Virus record (IMG/VR): IMGVR_UViG_3300045988_079665
DNA: 64,000 bases
Source: a virus
Direction: 5' to 3' (one strand)
In this document: piece by piece, positions 14,922-22,963 of the stretch
How positions within the stretch are numbered: position 1 is the stretch's first letter
Layout: each line of letters begins with the position of its first letter
Notes under the pieces: generated by a model
Told to the model about the DNA's origin: nothing
The model's database searches: none
The model's input: the letters and a program-made list of their open reading frames with translations, nothing else
Position numbers and translations under genes: made by a program

Positions 14922-15120
14922 CCTTCTTGTCCTCCTCTACACGCGACTTAAGCCATTCTTTGATTTGCATTGCGCAGGAGCAGCAAAGCTCGATATCGGG
15001 TGATTCCTCATGAAACGCGCTTCGTACATTTACATACGTCGCAGAGCTTGTGGGGTTTATTTCCGCCCCACAACGGTCACATACTCGTTTTGTTGCCATC
15101 TTTCTCATCCTCCATTTCAA
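14914..15120 (-). CDS. zinc-ribbon protein (68 aa)
   Basis: ORF track; CDRCG ... CCSC. Confidence 0.65.
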   Translation of the reverse strand: MKWRMRKMATKRVCDRCGAEINPTSSATYVNVRSAFHEESPDIELCCSCAMQIKEWLKSRVEEDKKDD

Positions 15121-15299
15121 TCCTTCTTATCAAGTTTATTCATGTAATTTTCAATAATTTTATTAGCTTGGTTTGTTATATTAACCAATCCACCAAGCCC
15201 AACAACGATATTCCACTCATTTATGCCAATTTGATAATAGTCATGTCCGGCACATTCGATTGGCTTGATTTCTACATAATCTTGATTGATATATTTCAT
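15117..15299 (-). CDS. hypothetical protein (60 aa)
   Basis: ORF track; ATGA overlap. Confidence 0.6.
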   Translation of the reverse strand: MKYINQDYVEIKPIECAGHDYYQIGINEWNIVVGLGGLVNITNQANKIIENYMNKLDKKD

Positions 15300-15312
15300 T
15301 CAATCAATCCTT

Positions 15313-15990
15313 TCAACAATCAAACTCAAATACGATGCGCACATCATCCTCTGTGCCACCATCTGGAATAAGTCGCCTCAACCCTTCCATCGTTTCATTA
15401 TAGAACCAATCCGCGCATTCTCTATAGGTGATTGGCGCAAAATAGCAAGCAGTATAATATTGTTTTGATTCGTCTCTTAGATATTCACCATTGATTAAAT
15501 CAACCATTTCTGGCTCGGTCAATTTAACAATGTTGCATCCCCATATATCACCACTGTAAGAATTTGGTTGTTTACCCTTCATGATATAATCACGATATGT
15601 AGCTTCATCAACATAGCCGTATTTTCTATGCAGCTGTTCCCAATCATATTCGTGCAACTCTCTCAATGTAAGCCAAGAACCATAGCCATATTCATCACCA
15701 AACAACACATCATTTTTAGACATATCGTCAGGATAACCCTTTAGATTGGCAATAGGATTGAATCTTTCCCCGGTTCTACATCCAGCAAATCCTTCACCAT
15801 TTCTAACTCCTGCAAGAATGGCAAACAAGTTATAATTGCGACTATCGTCAGGTTCGCTCATATATTCTTCCATAGCCCATTTCTTGTTTGAAGCTGGGTC
15901 ATAATATGGATTCTTGAATACTTTAGCAGTTGACATTTCCCACACACCATTACGCCGCACTTCGGCAATCATGTTAATATCAGTTCCCAT
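15313..15990 (-). CDS. hypothetical protein (225 aa)
   Basis: ORF track. Confidence 0.8.
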   Translation of the reverse strand: MGTDINMIAEVRRNGVWEMSTAKVFKNPYYDPASNKKWAMEEYMSEPDDSRNYNLFAILAGVRNGEGFAGCRTGERFNPIANLKGYPDDMSKNDVLFGDEYGYGSWLTLRELHEYDWEQLHRKYGYVDEATYRDYIMKGKQPNSYSGDIWGCNIVKLTEPEMVDLINGEYLRDESKQYYTACYFAPITYRECADWFYNETMEGLRRLIPDGGTEDDVRIVFEFDC

Positions 15991-16440
15991 CTAATCAATC
16001 CTTTCTTCAGCAATTCCATCAGCCGTACTATAGCAAATATGCTTAATTCCCAATTCTTTTATATATTTCATACAAGCAGGACATGGACGCGCCATTGCTT
16101 TATTACCATTTGCATACTCACGATATACATACAGTGTTGATTTGCTAAAATCAATATCCAGATATTTTACTTTGCTCAATGCCCTGATTTCGGCATGGAG
16201 CGAATTTACCACGCCGCTTTGATTTGGGTCAAATTCACGCTCTGCATTAAGCCGCTTTTGCAACGGGCTTGTTTTGGTACTATTGCATCCAGTAGCCAGC
16301 AATACGCCCTTATAGTACAGAGCTGCGCCAAGGTGGTATCTTGGAAATTCAGATTCTTTGCTTGCCCTACAAGCCGATTCAATGCCGCGCTTAGTTCTCT
16401 GGTTCATCTGGTTCTTTGTGTTCCTCATCAAGCCAATCAA
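15991..16440 (-). CDS. dCMP (deoxycytidylate) deaminase
   Basis: HAEIRAL ... PCPACMKYI zinc-binding CDA motifs; start may be an internal Met. Confidence 0.85.
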   Translation of the reverse strand: MIGLMRNTKNQMNQRTKRGIESACRASKESEFPRYHLGAALYYKGVLLATGCNSTKTSPLQKRLNAEREFDPNQSGVVNSLHAEIRALSKVKYLDIDFSKSTLYVYREYANGNKAMARPCPACMKYIKELGIKHICYSTADGIAEERID

Positions 16441-16558
16441 TCCAGCATTCCGTACATGATTTGATAATGTCAGGACAATGATAATGAGGACATGGCTTTG
16501 ACATATTTGTAATAGTTTGTTCTTTAGATTGGTTCATCAGCCATTCACGATTAGTCAT
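16391..16558 (-). CDS. small Cys-rich protein (55 aa), tentative
   Basis: ATGA overlap with 16555..16743; CPHYHCPDIIKSCTEC; below cutoff. Confidence 0.45.
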   Translation of the reverse strand: MTNREWLMNQSKEQTITNMSKPCPHYHCPDIIKSCTECWIDWLDEEHKEPDEPEN

Positions 16559-16743
16559 TCGTTCACCTCACTTTTAATTAAATATTTGTGGCATTTGCAG
16601 ATAATATCAATAGCTCTTTGAGCTGGAAAGAAATTAGCAGAATTATCGTCAAAAATACCATACTTCACAAAATTCGCTTCATCATCTGCTTCAGCTTTTT
16701 TAAATGCCTCAACCGCATCATCAAGTTTGATATAAATAGCCAT
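16555..16743 (-). CDS. hypothetical protein (62 aa)
   Basis: ORF track. Confidence 0.6.
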   Translation of the reverse strand: MAIYIKLDDAVEAFKKAEADDEANFVKYGIFDDNSANFFPAQRAIDIICKCHKYLIKSEVNE

Positions 16744-17279
16744 TATTCATTCACCTCATATCCCAATTCAATCAACGTCATAATAGCATAATTAGCCATA
16801 TCAAGCAACGTGTCCTCAATTTTTTCATCTTTTACCTGAGCATCATGTGATACAGCAAGTGACATAAGTCGATTCATCTTATCACTAAGCCGAGTCACAG
16901 CACTGATGATGCCGAGTTTTTTGTATGTGTCACCAAATGAATCACCATAGTCATGATTTTTGGCTTTATATACCTGATTTAGCTTCTGACAGATTTCATA
17001 GTGCCGCGCCACTTTTGACTCAATATGTAACTTTAGGTCATTGGGCTCTTTGTTGCAACATTTAGCCTCAATATTTTCACAAGCTGCTGGGTCTAGCTTT
17101 TTATACCAGTTATAGCATTTGTTGAGCATATCTTCGTCCATTTCATCAAACACACAACCATTGCTATCTGTAAAAACATCTACTTGTTCATCGTATAACT
17201 TTCTTAGTTCACAAGTGTCGCATTTATGGCATTCCTGACAATATTCTTCAAGAGCGTCAATCATCATTTCAGTGGTCAT
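16743..17279 (-). CDS. DUF1599-like (MazG-like all-alpha, nucleotide-modification-associated) domain protein with Cys-rich N-terminus
   Basis: KAKNHDYGDSFGDTYKKLG...RLSDKMNRL...EDTLLDMANYAIM matches remembered DUF1599 pattern. Confidence 0.65.
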   Translation of the reverse strand: MTTEMMIDALEEYCQECHKCDTCELRKLYDEQVDVFTDSNGCVFDEMDEDMLNKCYNWYKKLDPAACENIEAKCCNKEPNDLKLHIESKVARHYEICQKLNQVYKAKNHDYGDSFGDTYKKLGIISAVTRLSDKMNRLMSLAVSHDAQVKDEKIEDTLLDMANYAIMTLIELGYEVNE

Positions 17280-17303
17280 ATTTATTCATCCTTCATCAAT
17301 TAT

Positions 17304-17519
17304 TTAGTCATTCAGCATAACGTTCTCAATGTTTTCATACATTGTCCAATCTTCATCGAGCTTGGCTTTGATTGGTTTGAATGGGCGATATTCAATTCCG
17401 TCTTTTTCTTCATACCGCCAGTCACAATCTAGGCAAGCCCATACATCAATAGGCGGCAATGTACAGATACAAGTATGGTAAATATCGCCACCACACTTTG
17501 GGCAAGTATAGATAATCAT
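17304..17519 (-). CDS. zinc-ribbon protein (71 aa)
   Basis: CPKCGG ... CLDCDW. Confidence 0.65.
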   Translation of the reverse strand: MIIYTCPKCGGDIYHTCICTLPPIDVWACLDCDWRYEEKDGIEYRPFKPIKAKLDEDWTMYENIENVMLND

Positions 17520-17822
17520 TTATTTATCCTCCTCATCTAGCGTTCTATTAGCTAACACAATTTCTTTTGCTTCTTCATATGTCAACACATCATCAAACGT
17601 ATGACCAACATCTTCAATTATTGAGTCAAGAGCATATCCACCCCATCCATCACCAACATCAATACCGTCTGCATTGAATTTAAGAAATTTTCTAAATGTA
17701 TCATACCATCCTAAACACCAGTCTCTATCACCGCATTGTTCGCAGTATAAGTCGTGTGGTGAGATATAAGCATCACTTGTATAATAACCGCCTAGATGGC
17801 TTTCATAAACATAAGCTCCCAT
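17520..17822 (-). CDS. hypothetical protein (100 aa)
   Basis: ORF track. Confidence 0.7.
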   Translation of the reverse strand: MGAYVYESHLGGYYTSDAYISPHDLYCEQCGDRDWCLGWYDTFRKFLKFNADGIDVGDGWGGYALDSIIEDVGHTFDDVLTYEEAKEIVLANRTLDEEDK

Positions 17823-17825
17823 AAT

Positions 17826-18986
17826 TTATTCATCCTCCTCATTTTCATCACAATTTTCATCTACAAAATGGACATCTACATTGAAAATTTCTTTCAGAAC
17901 ATCAATAGCTTCTTTTGGCTCGATGCGGAAAAATTCTCTATCTGGGTTGACCCGCTCTTTGTCGAAATATTTATGGATATTATTTTCCAGCTCAAAGCAA
18001 TCATCACTGAATACAAAACAATGAGCATGATATGGTTCTGGCAAGCTGCTTGAGCTAAGTTCACGCACTCTTAATGCAGGATTCAATCTTCTAGTGCAAC
18101 CGAGCTTTACCAATCCGGGCAAGCTTGGTGAACTAATTACATATAGCCAACCAGCTTTGCTATGTGATTCACGATAAGCAATAGAATCGAGCCGCTTGTC
18201 AATACTAGCTAATTGAGATTTAATTCTATTACGCTCATCGTCTGTTAGCGCTTTATCAAACGCAATATTCATTGCTTTCTTTTCTTCAAGCAATTTAGCG
18301 CGTTCTCTAGCAATATCAGCAAGCAACTGTTCCTGTTCTTTTAATCTGCGCTTTTCTTCACGGATTCGCGCCTTTTCTTCTTTCTGTTTAACCTTAATTG
18401 CTAAGTTGATATATAGCATATCAAGCCGCGCCTTTACATATTCAGCATTGAGCGCCAATCCGACTTTATTTGCCTTAGACTGATAAGAATTAAATTTATT
18501 CTTAATCAATTCTTTGCTCTTAGCAATATTGCTTGTTGTTATGGATTTTTCTTTGTTGTCAATATATTCTGACATAGCATAGCACAATCCGCGCCCATAT
18601 ACATCCTGCATTTCTTTACCGCGCCTAGCAGAATCATTGAGGGTATATCCTTGCTCAATGCGATATAGACCAGTATTTACGGCAGATTCAATTTTGCTTT
18701 GTAGCTCATAGCGTTTATGCTCAAGTTCATCTAGTGAATCTTGATAATATGGGATATTATAATCCTGCATTTCTTCAATGGTATGGATTTTGCCATTTAG
18801 AGCATTAAGGACGGATTGAGCTTCTTTTGCGGCGATTTCGGCACTTTCTGCTGATTTACGGCTTTTTTCTTCTTTTGTTTCAAGAGAATCAATTTCCTTA
18901 TACAACTCTTGAATCTTAAAGTCTAGTAAATCGATATAATGCTCAAGTTCTTTCTTCTTCTTGTTCATCTTGAAAATCTCGAACAC
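17826..18986 (-). CDS. DUF4041-like coiled-coil + T5orf172/MUG113 (GIY-YIG superfamily) domain protein
   Basis: C-terminus GWLYVISSPSLPGLVKLGCTRRLNPALRVRELSSSSLPEPY...EFFRI; long Lys/Glu coiled-coil N-part. Confidence 0.75.
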   Translation of the reverse strand: MFEIFKMNKKKKELEHYIDLLDFKIQELYKEIDSLETKEEKSRKSAESAEIAAKEAQSVLNALNGKIHTIEEMQDYNIPYYQDSLDELEHKRYELQSKIESAVNTGLYRIEQGYTLNDSARRGKEMQDVYGRGLCYAMSEYIDNKEKSITTSNIAKSKELIKNKFNSYQSKANKVGLALNAEYVKARLDMLYINLAIKVKQKEEKARIREEKRRLKEQEQLLADIARERAKLLEEKKAMNIAFDKALTDDERNRIKSQLASIDKRLDSIAYRESHSKAGWLYVISSPSLPGLVKLGCTRRLNPALRVRELSSSSLPEPYHAHCFVFSDDCFELENNIHKYFDKERVNPDREFFRIEPKEAIDVLKEIFNVDVHFVDENCDENEEDE

Positions 18987-19173
18987 GCCTAGCCGCCTCC
19001 TTGCTAAAAATTTTATCTATATGCTTATCAAAATCCAATGGATTATTGCTCTTTGCTAAAATTTGCTTGGTGCTGGTATTATATAGCTCGAATTGCCCAT
19101 TGCCGCAATCGTTGATAATCCAGCCTGTATCGCCATATTGGACTACGGCGTTAATTTTCTTTGTTCTTGGCAT
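18943..19173 (-). CDS. hypothetical protein (76 aa), first gene of leftward operon
   Basis: ORF track. Confidence 0.65.
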   Translation of the reverse strand: MPRTKKINAVVQYGDTGWIINDCGNGQFELYNTSTKQILAKSNNPLDFDKHIDKIFSKEAARRVRDFQDEQEEERT

Positions 19174-19193
19174 TTATTTCACCTCATATTGCA

Positions 19194-19222
19194 ATTATAT
19201 CACAGCCATTTGCATTTGTCAA
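19194..19222 (-). promoter_or_regulatory. consensus sigma-A promoter of the 14.4-19.2 kb leftward operon
   Basis: rc TTGACA-aatgcaaatggctgtga-TATAAT. Confidence 0.75.
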
Positions 19223-19254
19223 GCATAATTTTTGGCAAATTGATTTTTCCCATC

Positions 19255-19302
19255 AATTTAACTATTATCTACGAATGTATATGAGTAGATAATAGTTAAA
19301 TT
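19255..19302. repeat. perfect 18-bp inverted repeat with 12-nt spacer between divergent promoters
   Basis: AATTTAACTATTATCTAC-gaatgtatatga-GTAGATAATAGTTAAATT. Confidence 0.9.
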
Positions 19303-19387
19303 GTAATTATATATTATTATATATACTAATAGATATTATAACATAGAAAGTATGTAATGTCAATAGAAAAATTTTTTATTTTACCAC

Positions 19388-19416
19388 TTGACAAAGTGAT
19401 GAATATATGGTATAAT
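19388..19416 (+). promoter_or_regulatory. consensus sigma-A promoter
   Basis: TTGACA-aagtgatgaatatatgg-TATAAT. Confidence 0.8.
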
Positions 19417-19423
19417 ATAGTAA

Positions 19424-19451
19424 ATAAGTAAATACGTTAGTATTTACTTAT
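19424..19451 (+). promoter_or_regulatory. perfect 12-bp stem, GTTA loop, at the predicted 5' end of the transcript
   Basis: ATAAGTAAATAC-GTTA-GTATTTACTTAT; core shared with 13201-13232. Confidence 0.6.
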
Positions 19452-19509
19452 ACATTGTTTCTTTCTTTTGGTTCTTTTCTTTCTTAGAATTTATAGATAG
19501 GAGATAAAT

Positions 19510-20088
19510 ATGGAAAATAATAACGTTGTATATAAGCACACTAACTTAGAAAATGGATTGGTCTATTATGGGATTGCTGAAAATTATGTAACAAGATGGA
19601 ATGACGGCTTTGGATACCAAACAAATCAGAGATTTTGGAAAGATATAGTAAAATATGGATGGAAAAATTTTAAGCATGAGATACTTGTGGAAAATCTAAC
19701 TCGCGATGAGGCAAAATTTTATGAAGGTATGCTAATTCAAGAAACAGGCTCGTATCTTCCTGAGAACGGATATAATCAAAGTCTTGGCGAACATATGAAT
19801 TATCAAGAAGTAACACCTGATGATATTAGAGATGACATTATTAGAACACAAAGACCAAGAACTGGGCGTGCAGGTACACCAGTTGTTTGCAATGGAAAGA
19901 CGTATTTGACGATTGCTGAATTGTCCGAAGAAATCAATGAAGATGCTGGTGTGCTTGCTCAGATGCTAAGTCCTGCTTGCACAAGAAAAATGTCTAAAAT
20001 TTATGAAGATATGGGGCTTAGATATGCTACAGAAGATGAAATTCTTGCCTGTGTGAATGAGCGAATGGAAAGAGATATCTTGGGTTGA
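19510..20088 (+). CDS. free-standing GIY-YIG homing-endonuclease-like protein (192 aa)
   Basis: VVYKHTN..GLVYYGIA...R...KYGWKNFKHEIL...EAKFYEGMLI...ENGYN. Confidence 0.7.
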   Translation: MENNNVVYKHTNLENGLVYYGIAENYVTRWNDGFGYQTNQRFWKDIVKYGWKNFKHEILVENLTRDEAKFYEGMLIQETGSYLPENGYNQSLGEHMNYQEVTPDDIRDDIIRTQRPRTGRAGTPVVCNGKTYLTIAELSEEINEDAGVLAQMLSPACTRKMSKIYEDMGLRYATEDEILACVNERMERDILG

Positions 20089-20113
20089 CAAATAATCAAA
20101 TATATGATATAAT
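20085..20113 (+). promoter_or_regulatory. consensus sigma-A promoter
   Basis: TTGACA-aataatcaaatatatga-TATAAT; -35 contains TGA stop of the GIY-YIG gene. Confidence 0.75.
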
Positions 20114-20142
20114 AGCATTAAGCTCAAGGAGGTGGTAAGAAA

Positions 20143-20286
20143 TTGTGGAGCGAGATGAGCTATAACTGGTATGTATCGGAAGATACAGAGCCAGAAGTAT
20201 GGGATGATGAATATGAACCAACTGAGCGCGATTGGGTGCTTTGGATATATGGTAGTTCAGAGAATGAATTAGAGGTGATTTATTAA
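20143..20286 (+). CDS. acidic small protein (47 aa, TTG start), tentative
   Basis: AAGGAGGTGG RBS; below cutoff; stop abuts the RNAP start. Confidence 0.4.
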   Translation: MWSEMSYNWYVSEDTEPEVWDDEYEPTERDWVLWIYGSSENELEVIY

Positions 20287-22875
20287 GTGCCATTAACAGA
20301 GTTCTGTTATATACCTTCTGTGGCAACGGATGCTTTTTATACGCCAGAGGAACAAGTAATACATAATCGACTTGTCAAGCTATATGCCTTGAGAATGCGC
20401 GAGAAGAATGGTCAGAATCGAAAATGGCGTGTTTCATCAATTAACCGTGTTATCAAGAAGCATAAAGATGAACTTGTTGAGTTGCTGAGAAAATCGCTTG
20501 AAGACAACATTACAAGAGAACTTAATCCAGATGCGGTAACAGATAAGACAATTATTAACCTGTTTTGTTCTGAGTTGACTCGTAGCCTTGGCATTAAGAC
20601 ATTTGAGCGAAGTGACAAAATTATTATTGTCAATGTTTTCTTTTTCGAGGTATTAAACAGCATCATTCATAATGGATTCAATTACAATGGGGAGCATTAT
20701 ATTTTCTATTCATGTGGCGCTGGCATGATACGTACAAAGCGATTTATGGCTGTTCGTGAAAAAGATTATTTGGCGGTTGAACAAACCCTCATGTGTGGAC
20801 TGACCATTGAATCAATCAATGCGCTGGGTGGCATGAATGAAAATAAACTATTGAGCTATAAGAGCCTTATGGCATCTGCAACAGATAGAATTACAGACTT
20901 TGACATAGACCGTTGCATTATAGTTGATGATTTCGAAATGCCAGTTATGGCTGAATCAGATTTCATTGATTATACGGATTATAGCATTACGCGTAAAACA
21001 TCAGAGACAATTATAGCTGAAACTGACGGTTGGGGAATGTGTTGCAAGCCCGGATTTAAGACACAGATTGTTCGTGCGCCTTGGATAAAAGGACTAGTGT
21101 CATACTTTGATTTTAGGGCATGGTTAAAGGAATATTGTCCTGCCGACGATTGGACTGTAACTGATATATACGGAAGAGAATGGAATATTATTGTGGATGA
21201 CATTCAGTATATATTAACTAAATCAATGTTTAAGTTGTATAAATTTTATCCATCTTGGCTTTGCTACAAGACTAATTTTAAGAGTTATGGTTGTTATTTT
21301 GGATGCTGTAAAGTTGAGGAAGATTATATACCAAAGGCGCGAATCAATTATCAGATGCTTCAATCTCTAAGTGATATGACGGATAATGAGATTGAGCGGC
21401 TTATTGCCAAGACAGCAGATGAAATTAATAGTGTCGGGAGAGATTATCAAACTACCATGAGACTATTAGGCGCGACTGAATACAATCAAACAAAATCAGC
21501 CATGCAAGAAGCGTTGACAATATATCCAGAATTATTTAAAGATGCGTATAACCGGGAGTTGTTGAAACAGACAAAGAAAAGTTTGGTAAAACAAGCAAAA
21601 GGTGGCAGATTGAGAATTAACGGCAAATACCTGTTTATTTCGCCTGACCCTGTGGCATTTTGTGAGTGGTTGTTCAAAGGTGAGCAATTCCCAACTGGTA
21701 TACTTGAGAATGGAGAGGTTTATACTAATCAATTCAAAGATGGTGACGAGCTTGATTGTTTGAGAAGCCCACACTTGTATCAGGAACACGCGGTTAGAAT
21801 CAACAAGCGAAATGGGCTGACCGATAAATGGCTTGGCGGAACAAAATGCATATATTTCAGTGCACACGATATGATTAGTCGTATATTACAACAGGACTTT
21901 GATGGGGATATTTCCTTGGTTGTGAAGGATAAGACGTTGACAACTGTGGCAAAGCGCAATATGCAAGGAATTGTACCGTTATCGTATGACCTCAAAAAAG
22001 CACGTGGCGGTATTATTGATGCGGATAGACTGTATGAAGGTGTAAGTACTGCATATACAGGTGGGTCGATTGGCCCGATTAGTAATGCAATCAGTAAGGT
22101 AAAAAATGCTAATGGTGGTAAAATGACTGAGGAGCAAATTAGAGTAATTGCTTGGCTTACAATGAAGAACAATCAAATTATTGATTTTGCGAAAACGTTA
22201 TGGAAAAGTGAGCCACCAAAAGAAATTGCAGATATTATAAAAAAATATACAAAGTCAAAATTGCCTCATTTTTTTATCTATGCCAAAGACAAAGACCCAG
22301 ATACTCAAGTTGAGTTGCCAAATAATTCCACGATGAATCGTATATCAGCCAAAATCCCTACTTCTCGAATTCGATATAATAACAAGATTGGGAAATTCGA
22401 TTGGACGATGTTGATAAATAAATCAGTCGATTATACTACTAGAGAAAATTCACCAATCATTGAGCGGTATAATTGGTGGATGTGGAATCAGCGCCGATTT
22501 GATTATGGCGATGACCCGCATATCAATGAGGACGATTTATATAAATATCGTCGCATAGCACAAGATATTGTGGAATATAGCAACGAGCCACTAGATGTTG
22601 TGGCAAATAGCCTAGTTGCTTATCTATATACAGTTAAAAAATCAAGCAATAAGAAAATGCTGTGGGCTTGTTTCGGTTGGACGATTGTAGAGAATTTGAG
22701 AACCAATACGGCGCAACTTAATCCAATCTGTCCCATTTGCGGCAAGCGCTTCAAGCCGCGAGATGTATGTCAGCATTATTGCTCAGAGGAATGTTATAAG
22801 AAAGCAGATAATCAGAGGCGTACTGAATCGCGCGAAGCCCCACCTGTCCGCACGGGGGACATGTTAAAACAGTAG
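20287..22875 (+). CDS. YonO-like single-subunit two-barrel RNA polymerase (RdRP-like), 862 aa
   Basis: RSPHL (R493) then QQDFDGD (D537-D541, nt 21895-21909), the DxDGD Mg-binding signature; C-terminal CPICG...C..C zinc ribbon; HU-like genes adjacent. Confidence 0.6.
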   Translation: MPLTEFCYIPSVATDAFYTPEEQVIHNRLVKLYALRMREKNGQNRKWRVSSINRVIKKHKDELVELLRKSLEDNITRELNPDAVTDKTIINLFCSELTRSLGIKTFERSDKIIIVNVFFFEVLNSIIHNGFNYNGEHYIFYSCGAGMIRTKRFMAVREKDYLAVEQTLMCGLTIESINALGGMNENKLLSYKSLMASATDRITDFDIDRCIIVDDFEMPVMAESDFIDYTDYSITRKTSETIIAETDGWGMCCKPGFKTQIVRAPWIKGLVSYFDFRAWLKEYCPADDWTVTDIYGREWNIIVDDIQYILTKSMFKLYKFYPSWLCYKTNFKSYGCYFGCCKVEEDYIPKARINYQMLQSLSDMTDNEIERLIAKTADEINSVGRDYQTTMRLLGATEYNQTKSAMQEALTIYPELFKDAYNRELLKQTKKSLVKQAKGGRLRINGKYLFISPDPVAFCEWLFKGEQFPTGILENGEVYTNQFKDGDELDCLRSPHLYQEHAVRINKRNGLTDKWLGGTKCIYFSAHDMISRILQQDFDGDISLVVKDKTLTTVAKRNMQGIVPLSYDLKKARGGIIDADRLYEGVSTAYTGGSIGPISNAISKVKNANGGKMTEEQIRVIAWLTMKNNQIIDFAKTLWKSEPPKEIADIIKKYTKSKLPHFFIYAKDKDPDTQVELPNNSTMNRISAKIPTSRIRYNNKIGKFDWTMLINKSVDYTTRENSPIIERYNWWMWNQRRFDYGDDPHINEDDLYKYRRIAQDIVEYSNEPLDVVANSLVAYLYTVKKSSNKKMLWACFGWTIVENLRTNTAQLNPICPICGKRFKPRDVCQHYCSEECYKKADNQRRTESREAPPVRTGDMLKQ

Positions 22876-22963
22876 GAAATATATGGATAAAATTAACTCA
22901 CCACAATATGTTGTGGTAGACTAATAGGGAGACATATCTTTGAAATGAAGGGTGGTGAATGTG

